Source: Aulosira sp. ZfuVER01
GTDB taxonomy: Bacteria; Cyanobacteriota; Cyanobacteriia; Cyanobacteriales; Nostocaceae
Assembly (NCBI GenBank): GCA_034530615.2
Contig: JAVRCV020000071.1
Location: 1 to 64,000, forward strand
Direction of reading: 5' to 3'
Length of the DNA: 64,000 nucleotides
In this document: piece after piece, positions 28,388 to 38,085 of the stretch
Layout of the letters: every line of letters starts with the position of its first letter
How positions within the stretch are numbered: position 1 is the stretch's first letter
Notes under the pieces: generated by a model
What the model was told of the DNA's origin: nothing
Databases searched by the model: none
Seen by the model: only the letters and a program-made list of their open reading frames with translations
Position numbers and translations under genes: made by a program

Positions 28388-28425
28388 AAACTTATTGTTT
28401 TTATGTATACAAAAACAATAAGTTT
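28388..28425. promoter_or_regulatory. Perfect 15-bp-arm inverted repeat upstream of natF
   Basis: AAACTTATTGTTTTT-ATGTATAC-AAAAACAATAAGTTT. Confidence 0.55.
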
Positions 28426-28628
28426 ATTTATCCTGAACCAGGTTTCGATTAACTTTTATAGGAAATTTGAAGCAGGCTGAAACATAAGTCAAATCTTCAA
28501 ATCCTACTTTTAGGAAAACAACTTCAACACAGAGTACCAAAAAGTTTTATATTACAAGCATCTACTTACTTTTACAGAGTAATCGTAGTAGAAAACACAT
28601 TTTTACCTGGTGAATGTCCATAAGATTT

Positions 28629-29696
28629 ATGCGTAAATCAGCGTTAATTTTAGCGATCGCACCCCTGATATTTGTCATTACTGCTTGTGGTGGGGATTCA
28701 GGAAATACGGCTAATACAGCTAATACTTCATCACCACAAGGAATTAAAAATCGTTGGGATACGGTAAAAAACCGTAATCAGCTAATTTGTGGTGTCAGTG
28801 GCGAAGTTCCAGGGTTTAGCTTTGTCGGAACTGACGGTAAATACAGCGGTATCGACGTAGATGTTTGTCGCGCCTTAGCAGCCGCATTGTTTGACAACCC
28901 AGATGCAGTAGAATTTCGGAATCTCAGCGCCAAAGAACGGTTTACAGCTTTACAAACTGGGGAAGTTGATATTCTCAGCCGTAACACGACATGGACACTT
29001 AGCCGTACAACTTCCGTTGGTTTGGAATTTGCGCCTGTTGTTTTCTACGACGGTCAAGCGCTCATGGTGCGTAAAAATAGTAACATCAAAACCCTGGCAA
29101 ACCTGAAAGACAAAGCTATCTGTGTTCAGACTGGTACTACTACTGAGCAGAACTTAGCAGACCAAATGCGCAAACGGGGTATTACTTACAAACCTGTTGT
29201 TTTTGAAGACGTTAACGTTACCTTCGCTACTTTTGCTGAGGGACGTTGCGATGGCATTACAGCTGACCGTTCAGCATTAGTTTCTCGGCGTTCGATTCTA
29301 CCCAAACCTGAAGATAACGTCATTCTCGATGAAGTCCTTTCTTCAGAACCACTTGCACCCGCAGTTGCCAAAGGAGACACTAAGTGGAGTGATATTGTCA
29401 AATGGGTGGTTTATTCCCTAGTCAAGGCCGAAGAGTTGGGGATTAATTCTCAAAATGTCGGACAATTCGCCACTAGTAATGACCCAGATATTAAACGATT
29501 TTTAGGAACAGAAAGCAACCTTGGTGAAGGACTCGGCTTATCAAACGACTTTGCAGCCAGAATAATCAAGCACGTTGGTAACTATAGCGAAGTTTACGAT
29601 CGCAATCTTGGCCCAAAGACAAAACTCAATCTAGCACGCGGCCAAAATCAACTTTGGTCAAAAGGCGGATTACTCTATTCTCCACCGTTCCGCTAA
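28629..29696 (+). CDS. natF: Amino acid ABC transporter substrate-binding lipoprotein (AapJ/BztA type, N-II system)
   Basis: Lipobox ITAC; GIDVDVCRA, RNTTWT, SSEPLAP, GGLLYSPPFR; alternative start 28614. Confidence 0.88.
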   Translation: MRKSALILAIAPLIFVITACGGDSGNTANTANTSSPQGIKNRWDTVKNRNQLICGVSGEVPGFSFVGTDGKYSGIDVDVCRALAAALFDNPDAVEFRNLSAKERFTALQTGEVDILSRNTTWTLSRTTSVGLEFAPVVFYDGQALMVRKNSNIKTLANLKDKAICVQTGTTTEQNLADQMRKRGITYKPVVFEDVNVTFATFAEGRCDGITADRSALVSRRSILPKPEDNVILDEVLSSEPLAPAVAKGDTKWSDIVKWVVYSLVKAEELGINSQNVGQFATSNDPDIKRFLGTESNLGEGLGLSNDFAARIIKHVGNYSEVYDRNLGPKTKLNLARGQNQLWSKGGLLYSPPFR

Positions 29697-29750
29697 GAAG
29701 ACAGACAAGGGGACGCGGAGAAATAACTTTTGATCCTGGATAAATGACTA

Positions 29751-30674
29751 ATGACAAATCTAAAACTGTTGTGGCGCGATCGCCGCTTTTGGCAGATTGC
29801 GGGACAAGTTATAGCTGTATTTTTAGCAATAGCTGCCGTCACAATACTATGGAGCAACCTTAGCCGCAATTTACAGCAACTAGGTATTCAGTTCGGCTTT
29901 GATTTTCTCAAGCAGCAAGCATCTTTTGATATTGGTGAAACTCCGATTACCTACAAACCAACTGATACTTACAGTCGCGCTTTGTGGGTAGGATTAATTA
30001 ACTCATTGCGGGTAGCGATCGCAGGAATTGTTCTGACAACAATTGTGGGAGTAAGTGCAGGAATTGCTCGACTCTCTGATAACTGGCTAGTAAGGAATAT
30101 TAGCCTCGTTTATGTGGAAATTTTCCGTAATACACCTTTACTGCTGCAATTACTGTTTTGGTACTTTGCGGTTTTCCTGGGTTTTCCCAAAACTGAAAAT
30201 AAAATTTCTCTCTGGGGGTTGATTTATCTAAGCCAAAATGGTGCGGAACTTCCTTGGTTTACATTGTCTCCAGAGTTTTCAGCATTATTGTTGGGGTTGA
30301 CTTTTTATACGGGTGCATTTATTGCAGAAATTGTTCGAGGCGGAATTCAATCAGTACCTAGAGGACAGTGGGAAGCAGCGCGATCGCTAGGCTTAAAATC
30401 AGGGTTAATCATGCGCTTGGTGGTTTTTCCCCAAGCTTTGCGAGTAATCATCCCCCCGCTAACAAGCCAATATCTCAATTTGATGAAAAATTCCAGTTTA
30501 GCGATCGCCATTGGCTACCCCGATATTTATTTTGTCGCCTCTACAACTTTTAACCAAACCGGGAGAGCCGTAGAGGTTATGTTACTGATTATGCTCACCT
30601 ATCTCACCCTGAGTTTGACGATTTCCCTAGTCATGAATTTCTTAAACCGCATGGTACAAATTCAAGAGAGATAA
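29751..30674 (+). CDS. natG: Amino acid ABC transporter permease (AapQ type)
   Basis: YVEIFRNTPLL; EAA loop GQWEAARSLG. Confidence 0.88.
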   Translation: MTNLKLLWRDRRFWQIAGQVIAVFLAIAAVTILWSNLSRNLQQLGIQFGFDFLKQQASFDIGETPITYKPTDTYSRALWVGLINSLRVAIAGIVLTTIVGVSAGIARLSDNWLVRNISLVYVEIFRNTPLLLQLLFWYFAVFLGFPKTENKISLWGLIYLSQNGAELPWFTLSPEFSALLLGLTFYTGAFIAEIVRGGIQSVPRGQWEAARSLGLKSGLIMRLVVFPQALRVIIPPLTSQYLNLMKNSSLAIAIGYPDIYFVASTTFNQTGRAVEVMLLIMLTYLTLSLTISLVMNFLNRMVQIQER

Positions 30675-30719
30675 ATATAAAAACAAAGGTGACAAGCTGA
30701 TAAGGGATACAAATGACCA

Positions 30720-31859
30720 ATGACAAATCCTCAATTATTGTGGCTGCGTAAAAATCTGTTTAGTACTTGGTACAACAGCTTGCTCACTGTTGTCTGTCTA
30801 GCGTTCATAGTTTGGGTAGCCAGAGGAATTCTAATTTGGACAACAACCCAAGCACAATGGGCCGTAATTCACGTAAATTTACGTTTATTCTTAGTTGGCA
30901 GATTTCCCCAATCTTTGTATTGGAGAGTTTGGATTGTGCTGGCGATCGCTTCTACTTTAGCTGCTTTAACTTGGGGTGTATTTTCTAGCAGACAACGTTT
31001 AACTAAGTTTGGAGTTGCTCTTTATATTTTAATTGTTGCTATTCTATTAGGTGTTTTTCCCTTAGATTTTACATCCCGCATCTGGTTGCTGTTAGATAGT
31101 GTTTTGTTATCTATCGGATTATGGCTTGGGAGAAAATTCCCGAAATTAATAACTCCTTGGATTTCCCTGGTATGGTTATTATCTTGTCCTATAATTCTGT
31201 GGTTAATTAGCGGTGGATTGGGCTTGCAATCTGTATCTACAAATTTGTGGAATGGGTTGCTACTAACCCTCTTGATGGCAGCAGTTAGTATTGTCCTGTC
31301 CTTTCCAATTGGAGTTGTACTAGCTTTAGGGCGAACTAGTAATTTACCAATAATACGTTGGTTTTGTATTCTGTATATTGAAATGATCAGAGGACTCCCC
31401 CTGATTGGAATTTTGTTTCTTGCACAAGTCATGCTGCCATTATTTCTACCAGTTGATCTACGTTTAGATCGGGTAGTGCGAGCAATTACAGGACTTGTTT
31501 TATTTAGTGCTGCTTACATGGCAGAAAATGTACGTGGCGGACTCCAGGCTATCTCACGCGGACAAATAGAAGCTGCCAAAGCACTAGGATTTAATTCTCT
31601 GTTCGTTGTTTTATTAATTGTTTTACCACAAGCTTTACGGGCTGTTATTCCAGCAATTGTAGGCCAATTTATTGGCTTATTTAAAGATACCTCACTCTTA
31701 TCTTTAGTAGGATTGGTAGAACTTACTGGAATTGCTCGTTCTATTTTGGCGCAGCCGCAATTTATTGGACGCTATGCAGAAGTTTATCTATTTATTGGAT
31801 TGATTTACTGGGTATTTTGTTATTCAATGTCCCTGGCTTCTCGACGATTAGAAAAGTAG
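30720..31859 (+). CDS. natH: Amino acid ABC transporter permease (AapM type)
   Basis: IRGLPLI; AENVRGGLQ; GQIEAAKALG. Confidence 0.88.
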   Translation: MTNPQLLWLRKNLFSTWYNSLLTVVCLAFIVWVARGILIWTTTQAQWAVIHVNLRLFLVGRFPQSLYWRVWIVLAIASTLAALTWGVFSSRQRLTKFGVALYILIVAILLGVFPLDFTSRIWLLLDSVLLSIGLWLGRKFPKLITPWISLVWLLSCPIILWLISGGLGLQSVSTNLWNGLLLTLLMAAVSIVLSFPIGVVLALGRTSNLPIIRWFCILYIEMIRGLPLIGILFLAQVMLPLFLPVDLRLDRVVRAITGLVLFSAAYMAENVRGGLQAISRGQIEAAKALGFNSLFVVLLIVLPQALRAVIPAIVGQFIGLFKDTSLLSLVGLVELTGIARSILAQPQFIGRYAEVYLFIGLIYWVFCYSMSLASRRLEK

Positions 31860-31985
31860 TTAAGTAATTGAAAAAGAAAATAAGTGCACGCAGAAACACG
31901 AAGAAGAACACTTTTGTAGGCTGTTTTCACGGCTTGAGGAAAGTGTTTGTCACGCAGAGAGTAAGAGTCTAAGAGGTGAAAAATT

Positions 31986-32726
31986 ATGTCAGAACAAACC
32001 TCAATAATTGTTGCTGATGATGTTCACAAATGGTATGGTCAATTCCACGTTCTTCAAGGTGTGAGCCTAACAGTAAATCGCGGTGAAGTAGTAGTTTTGA
32101 TGGGCCCATCTGGTTCAGGTAAATCGACATTTATTCGCACATTTAACGCTTTAGAAGAATATCAAAAGGGTAGAATTATTATAGATGGCATTACCCTGAG
32201 CCATGATTTGCGAAATATTGACGCAATTCGCAAAGAAGTAGGAATGGTATTTCAACATTTTAATTTATTTCCTCATCTAACAGTGCTGCAAAATATCACT
32301 TTGGCACCAATTTGGGTGCGTCGCTGGAAGAAGGCTAAAGCTCAAGAATCCGCAATGCAACTGTTAGAAAGAGTAGGAATTTTAGAACAAGCACACAAAT
32401 ATCCGGGACAATTGTCTGGGGGACAGCAACAACGAGTAGCGATCGCTCGTGCTTTAGCTATGCAACCTAAAATTATGCTATTTGATGAACCCACCTCAGC
32501 TTTAGACCCGGAGATGGTCAGAGAAGTTTTGGATGTGATGCGAGGTCTTGCCCGTGACGGTATGACAATGGTAGTAGTTACTCATGAAGTGGGATTTGCC
32601 CGTGAGGTTGCTGACAGAGTAATTCTGATGGATAGCGGTTCTCTCGTTGAGTCAGGGACGCCAGATTCCTTTTTCAATCAACCACAAGAAGAACGAACCC
32701 GCAAGTTCTTATCGCAAATTCTCTAA
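31986..32726 (+). CDS. bgtA: Amino acid ABC transporter ATP-binding protein
   Basis: Walker [25 protein letters not shown]; position after natFGH as in Anabaena. Confidence 0.85.
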   Translation: MSEQTSIIVADDVHKWYGQFHVLQGVSLTVNRGEVVVLMGPSGSGKSTFIRTFNALEEYQKGRIIIDGITLSHDLRNIDAIRKEVGMVFQHFNLFPHLTVLQNITLAPIWVRRWKKAKAQESAMQLLERVGILEQAHKYPGQLSGGQQQRVAIARALAMQPKIMLFDEPTSALDPEMVREVLDVMRGLARDGMTMVVVTHEVGFAREVADRVILMDSGSLVESGTPDSFFNQPQEERTRKFLSQIL

Positions 32727-32727
32727 C

Positions 32728-32859
32728 TTTTCGCTCCATAACTTCACACCAAGCTTGAGCCAATAATCCGTCTGCATGGTGACTTCATTCCCGCAAAGCA
32801 CAAATCATCAATGTAATTGCTTGTCCATCAATCCAACCCCGCTCCACACCTTGCTCAAA
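32728..32859 (-). pseudogene. 3' remnant of a probable class I SAM-dependent methyltransferase
   Basis: Manual translation FEQGVERGWIDGQAITLMICALRE*SHHADGLLAQAWCEV, with an in-frame TGA where Trp is expected. Confidence 0.5.
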
Positions 32860-32960
32860 TTATTGGACTGATATCAGCAGCAATAGGGATTGCGATCGTA
32901 CCACCGTCTTCTTTGCAAAATCTTCAAAGGGACGGTGTGGTTTATTGCCCATTATTATGA
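32859..32960 (+). pseudogene. 3' remnant of a LysR-family regulator substrate-binding domain
   Basis: Manual translation IIGLISAAIGIAIVPPSSLQNLQRDGVVYCPLL*, like the LysR C-terminal GLVAAGxGIAIVP..GVVYRPL. Confidence 0.7.
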
Positions 32961-32997
32961 TGCTAGTCTTCGGGGCATTTCTGCAAATTGCAAATAC

Positions 32998-33129
32998 TAT
33001 CGGACTCATATTTGATTTTTGAAAAAATTCAGTACACTTCTACCTCCCTTCTTTCCTGTTTCCTCCCTATCGCGCTTTGCACAAACGCACCACGCAAGTA
33101 ATTTCTCCGAACCAAATCGGATTGCTATA
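32998..33129. mobile_element. MITE-like dispersed repeat copy 2
   Basis: Imperfect terminal IRs TATCGGACTCATATTTG / CAAATCGGATTGCTATA; core shared with the 15601 copy. Confidence 0.6.
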
Positions 33130-33910
33130 TATGCGGTCAATCGATTAAGGAATTAATGTAAGAAAATATGTGAGGAGAATTGAGAGTTACTAAATAAATC
33201 ATTAACAATGCAACACAATAAATTTATATTTATTCACTTTCAAAAAGCTATTATTGATAGTCTAGACAATTTGACCATAGCCAAATCAATAATATTGTGC
33301 TACGGACTTATATGGAATTAAGTCTATATTGTTAAGCTGTAAAAATATTGGTGAATTGTCTTGTGTTTGAACTATCAACTCACTTTTTTAGGATGTTGAT
33401 CGATCAAACGCTTACCTATAAAAAATTTGCATTAAGAAAATCTAAATAAACTATCTAATTTTCTCAGAGATTTCCCTTAATATCTACAGTGTCTAGTATG
33501 TAGTAATTAACCATATTGTTATTCGTGTAATTGCTGTATACTTAAGTTTAAGTCGATAATGGCAATCTTAATATTTTTAGCGAGATAAATTCCTAGCCTG
33601 TATACTTCTGAAAACTTTCTATAAAGTTAATTTGATTCTTCCTTAAAGTATTTTTAACCAAGAGTAAGAGGGATTATACTTAAGTAATCTTACCCTCAAT
33701 AACAATTACAAAATGACTTTATTCACCACAAAAAAATTAAGTAGTAACTACGCATCTCCTGTCAAAGTTTACTCAATCTTCAACGAAAAGTCACTGACAG
33801 AAATAGACTCTACATGGAGAATTAATTAGGGGTGCTTCGTAACGTCAAAAAATCTTGGGAAGAAATATTGTTTTTCAATAAAAAACCAGATAATTCTGAC
33901 TAAATTTGTT

Positions 33911-35182
33911 ATGCGGATTTTGATTTACTCCTACAACTACTATCCAGAGCCAATTGGTATTGCCCCGCTGATGACGGAATTAGCAGAGGGACTGGTTAAA
34001 CGGGGACATCAGGTGCGTGTAGTTACAGCCATGCCTAACTACCCTGAACGTCAAATTTACCAAAGCTATCGAGGCAAGTTTTATCTCACCGAATCCAAAA
34101 ATGGAGTTCAAATTCAACGTAGTTATGTTTGGATTCGCCCACAACCAAACCTGCTCGATCGGATATTGTTAGATGCTAGTTTCGTAGTCACCAGTTTTTT
34201 ACCTGCACTAATAAGCTGGCGACCAGATGTGATTATTTCAACTTCACCATCTCTACCTGTTTGCGTCCCAGCAGCCCTTTTAGGATGGTTGCGTAACTGT
34301 CCTGTGATTTTAAATCTTCAAGATATTTTACCGGAAGCAGCTATTCATGTAGGGTTACTGAAAAACAAATTACTAATCAAGTTATTTACGAAATTAGAAA
34401 AGTTTGCTTATCAAAGTGCTACTAAAATTAGTGTCATTGCTGATGGATTTGTAGAGAATTTGCTAAATAAGGGTGTCCCTTCTCAAAAAATTGTGCAAAT
34501 TCCTAACTGGGTTGATGTGAATTTTATTCGCCCTTTGCCTACAGAAAATAATCAATTTCGTGAAATACACAATCTCAAGGATAAATTTGTAGTTTTATAC
34601 TCCGGGAATATTGCCCTGACCCAAGGGTTGGAAACAGTTATTAAAGCTGCTGCTATGTTACGCCATATTCCAGAGATTGTTTTTGCGATCGCTGGTGAGG
34701 CTAAAGGTTTGCAGAGATTGCAACAGGACTGTCTCAATTACGGTGCAGATAACGTTTTGTTGCTACCATTTCAACCCCGAGAACATTTGCCACAAATGTT
34801 AGCTGCTGCCGATGTGGGTTTAGTTGTGCAAAAGAAAAATGTTGTATCTTTCAATATGCCCTCAAAAATACAAGTACTACTTGCTAGTGGGCGGGCATTA
34901 GTTGCATCTGTACCTGACAATGGGACGGCAGCAAGAGCTATTAGACAAAGTGGTGGCGGGTTTGTTGTTCCTCCTGAAGATCCACAGGCTTTAGCAAATG
35001 CGATTTTCGACTTGTACCAAAATCCAGAGAAAGTCAAAACTCTAGGTTATAAAAGTCGCCAATATGCTGTTGAACAATATGCATTTGAACAAGCTTTAAA
35101 TCAGTATGAGAACTTATGTTACTCTCTCACAGCAGATTCTCAAGTAATTAAATCCACAACTATCTCGAAACAAGAAGTTTAA
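33911..35182 (+). CDS. Glycosyltransferase family 4 (WcaI-like)
   Basis: NYYPEPIGIA, PNYP, IPNWVD, YSGNI, MPSK. Confidence 0.92.
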   Translation: MRILIYSYNYYPEPIGIAPLMTELAEGLVKRGHQVRVVTAMPNYPERQIYQSYRGKFYLTESKNGVQIQRSYVWIRPQPNLLDRILLDASFVVTSFLPALISWRPDVIISTSPSLPVCVPAALLGWLRNCPVILNLQDILPEAAIHVGLLKNKLLIKLFTKLEKFAYQSATKISVIADGFVENLLNKGVPSQKIVQIPNWVDVNFIRPLPTENNQFREIHNLKDKFVVLYSGNIALTQGLETVIKAAAMLRHIPEIVFAIAGEAKGLQRLQQDCLNYGADNVLLLPFQPREHLPQMLAAADVGLVVQKKNVVSFNMPSKIQVLLASGRALVASVPDNGTAARAIRQSGGGFVVPPEDPQALANAIFDLYQNPEKVKTLGYKSRQYAVEQYAFEQALNQYENLCYSLTADSQVIKSTTISKQEV

Positions 35183-35198
35183 CATAGCGACTAAAAAC

Positions 35199-35230
35199 CC
35201 CTGTCTGCGCATTAGCAGGCAGGGATATTT
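35199..35230 (+). terminator. Intrinsic terminator
   Basis: CCCTGTCTGC / GCAGGCAGGG stem followed by ATATTT just after the GT stop. Confidence 0.6.
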
Positions 35231-35702
35231 CACAATATTTTGACATAGTTCGTATTTATATAGTAAATATCATACATTTGGGTGATAAGTTATACGGCTT
35301 TAGGGGCAGGCTAAAATATTTTTTAAGTTGTATTTTAAATACGTGACAATCTCCGCAATAGTTGCGTTTTGATAAGTATTACTGGATTGATTTACACACC
35401 ATCTCTACCGATAATTAGGTTTTGCTTATAGAGATAAGCTCGATCGACAAGCAACTATTTTTGTCTAGTCAGCGGTAAAGCCAGGTATTTAGCCCATGTA
35501 TTCCTTACCCTGCTTGACTATTGTCCAAGCTACTCACCAATTAACTAACTTAGACGGGCCTGCTTGATTGCTAATTTCTAAATCCAAACAGACGTTTTTT
35601 TTGTTAGTATGCAAAAAAACAGTTTAAACAGCTACAACTTTAAATTTAGTTGTGAGAAATTGTAAAACAATGTAACGAAAGGCATAAAGCACCTGAGGTT
35701 TA

Positions 35703-36164
35703 ATGTCTGATTATTTCCAAGGAGATTTCCCAATACAATCCGTATCTTTGAAAAAGACTGTGGCCACAAGCCCACAACTCCAAACTGAAGAATCAAGTAG
35801 AAAATTAGCGATAACTGTTGCTGAAGCAGCATCAGACCGCAAAGCAGGAGAGATTTTATTGCTCAGAGTGGCAGATGTATCTTACCTGGCAGATTATTTT
35901 GTGGTGATGACTGGTTATTCTAGGGTACAAGTAAGGGCGATCGCAGAAGCTATTGAAGACAAAGTAGGAACGGAACTGCAACGAAATCCCTTGCGGACAG
36001 CAGGTAAAGCGGAAGGGAGTTGGGTGTTGCAAGACTACGGCGAAGTGATTGTCCACATCATGATGCCCAAGGAGCGGGAGTTTTATAATTTAGAAGCATT
36101 CTGGTCTCATGCAGAACGTCTAGAACTTCCAACATCTGATGACGGCGGGGGTAAGCCAAAATGA
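35703..36164 (+). CDS. rsfS: Ribosome silencing factor (Iojap)
   Basis: ADYFVVMTG, WVLQDYGEVIVHIM, REFYNLEAFW. Confidence 0.95.
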   Translation: MSDYFQGDFPIQSVSLKKTVATSPQLQTEESSRKLAITVAEAASDRKAGEILLLRVADVSYLADYFVVMTGYSRVQVRAIAEAIEDKVGTELQRNPLRTAGKAEGSWVLQDYGEVIVHIMMPKEREFYNLEAFWSHAERLELPTSDDGGGKPK

Positions 36165-36661
36165 TCAAATCCTCGGTTTCCAATTGCCCGGTTCCGGCTG
36201 AACAACAACCACTCAATGAGTACGAAGAATTAAAAACTTCTTGGCTGTTTCGTGATTGTGCTTTAAATTGGCGCGAGCATATCACGAAAATGCTATGGAT
36301 TTGGAGTTTATCTTGGGTGGTGGCTGGGCCAGTAGCAGCAGCCAGTTTTCCACCACATAAGCATATTGCCCAATTTATTCTTTGTGGTGCAGCAGGCGCG
36401 AGTATCGGAGTAGTACTGTTGTTAGTACGATTGTACTTAGGCTGGTTCTATGTGAGCGATCGCCTGTTCAGCCCAACAGTATTTTATGAAGAGTCTGGTT
36501 GGTATGACGGACAAACTTGGATCAAACCTGAGGAAGTACTAAACCGCGATCGCTTAATTGCCACCTACGAGATCAAACCGATTCTCCAGCGCTTGCAACT
36601 GACCTTTGCTGGCTTGGCAGGAATGTTGCTTACTGGTAGTATAGTTTGGCATTTGTTGTAA
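36161..36661 (+). CDS. CGLD27/Ycf36 (DUF1230) membrane protein
   Basis: CPVPAEQQPLNEY and YEESGWYDGQTW motifs. Confidence 0.9.
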   Translation: MIKSSVSNCPVPAEQQPLNEYEELKTSWLFRDCALNWREHITKMLWIWSLSWVVAGPVAAASFPPHKHIAQFILCGAAGASIGVVLLLVRLYLGWFYVSDRLFSPTVFYEESGWYDGQTWIKPEEVLNRDRLIATYEIKPILQRLQLTFAGLAGMLLTGSIVWHLL

Positions 36662-36760
36662 ATAGTCATGAGTCATTGGTCATTAGTTTTAGACGAATGA
36701 CAAATGACAAATGACAAACAAATAATAAAAAAATAACAAAAAAGTGATAGATTTTAACCC

Positions 36761-37714
36761 ATGACAATGGGAAAACGAACTCAAGCCGCAGCCTTAGAAG
36801 TCAGGTTGCTCAGGGAAGGCATTATTGAATCGAGGCATATAGTCCAAGCTGTTGTATGCGACGAACGGGGACGGGTTTTGTCTGTGGCAGGCAATGCAGA
36901 AACTGCTGCATTTGTGCGTTCAGCACTCAAGCCATTTCAGGCACTAGCAATCACATCCACAGGAACGCTAGAACGTTACGACCTTAGCGATCGAGACTTA
37001 GCAATTATTACCAGTTCCCACAAAGGTAGCATAGAGCAGGTAAGACAGGTATTTAATATCCTGTGGCGGGCCGATCTTGACCCCAGCACCCTCCAATGCC
37101 CAACTCCTGAAGGGAAGCGGAGTCCTCTAGAATACAATTGCTCTGGTAAACACGCGGGAATGTTAGCCGTTTGTCAGCAACGCCACTGGCCTTTGACTAA
37201 CTACTTAGAACGCAAACACCCAGTGCAACAGTTAATTCTCAGCAAGGTAGCAGAGTTGCTGCGAATGCCATCTGAGGAATTTATCAGCGTTCATGACGAC
37301 TGTGGTGCACCAACTTACCTGATGCAAATTGGTCAGATGGCCTCTCTGTACGCTTTGTTAGCCTCTGGTAAGACGTTGGATATGGAACGTATTGTCCGTG
37401 CTATGACTCATCACCCCACAATGGTAGCTGGAGATGGCGAATTTGATACGGAACTCATGCGCTTAACCCCAGGGGAATTGGTAAGTAAAGCTGGTGCTGA
37501 AGGAGTACAGTGCATAGGCAGGCTTGGGGAAGGTATGGGATTGGCAATTAAAGTTATAGATGGGGCCAAGCGAGCAAAATATGCCGTTGCTATTCATTTG
37601 CTCCAGCAGATGGGCTGGATTACTCCCAGCGTGGCAGAAAGCCTAGCTGAGAAGTTTATGATTTTGGGAAAATACAAGCGTTTAGAGGTGATTGGAGAAT
37701 TATCACTTTTGTAG
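36761..37714 (+). CDS. L-asparaginase II family protein
   Basis: RSALKPFQA, NCSGKHAGML, SKAGAEGV. Confidence 0.9.
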   Translation: MTMGKRTQAAALEVRLLREGIIESRHIVQAVVCDERGRVLSVAGNAETAAFVRSALKPFQALAITSTGTLERYDLSDRDLAIITSSHKGSIEQVRQVFNILWRADLDPSTLQCPTPEGKRSPLEYNCSGKHAGMLAVCQQRHWPLTNYLERKHPVQQLILSKVAELLRMPSEEFISVHDDCGAPTYLMQIGQMASLYALLASGKTLDMERIVRAMTHHPTMVAGDGEFDTELMRLTPGELVSKAGAEGVQCIGRLGEGMGLAIKVIDGAKRAKYAVAIHLLQQMGWITPSVAESLAEKFMILGKYKRLEVIGELSLL

Positions 37715-37744
37715 TTGCCAAATCTTAGACTTTGCGGTTATACT
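37715..37744 (+). promoter_or_regulatory. Putative sigma70 promoter of the tRNA gene
   Basis: TTGCCA-N18-TATACT, ending 19 nt before the tRNA. Confidence 0.55.
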
Positions 37745-37763
37745 GTAAAGGTAAAGAAAACGA

Positions 37764-37840
<77 letters not shown>

Positions 37841-37855
37841 ACTAGAAGTTAAATC

Positions 37856-37897
37856 AAACCCCTGTAATCTGTGAAGGTTGCAGGGATTTGTTTTATT
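37856..37897 (+). terminator. Intrinsic terminator after the tRNA
   Basis: CCCTGTAATC / GGTTGCAGGG stem plus T-rich tail. Confidence 0.7.
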
Positions 37898-37919
37898 CTG
37901 GATTAGAAGCCGTCAATTA

Positions 37920-38050
37920 ATTTTGGATTTTGGATTGCCGATTTTTGTGAAGCAGCGTAGTCTTGGTGGTTCCCCCTGTTGTAGTAAGTGGCGTCGGGGC
38001 ATGAATCAGAATAAATTTTAATCTAAAATCTAAAATCTAAAATCTAAAAT
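37920..38050. repeat. STRR-type heptamer repeats (ATTTTGG)n and (AAAATCT)n in inverted arrangement
   Basis: TTTTGGATTTTGGATT at 37921 and four CTAAAAT units at 38023-38050. Confidence 0.75.
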
Positions 38051-38085
38051 TGGCATAGTCAAAAAAAGCGCGGAGAGTCATAGTT

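Noticed and set aside
28585..28598. GTA-N8-CAC as an NtcA site for natF
   Set aside because: Imperfect and too close to the start codon to support
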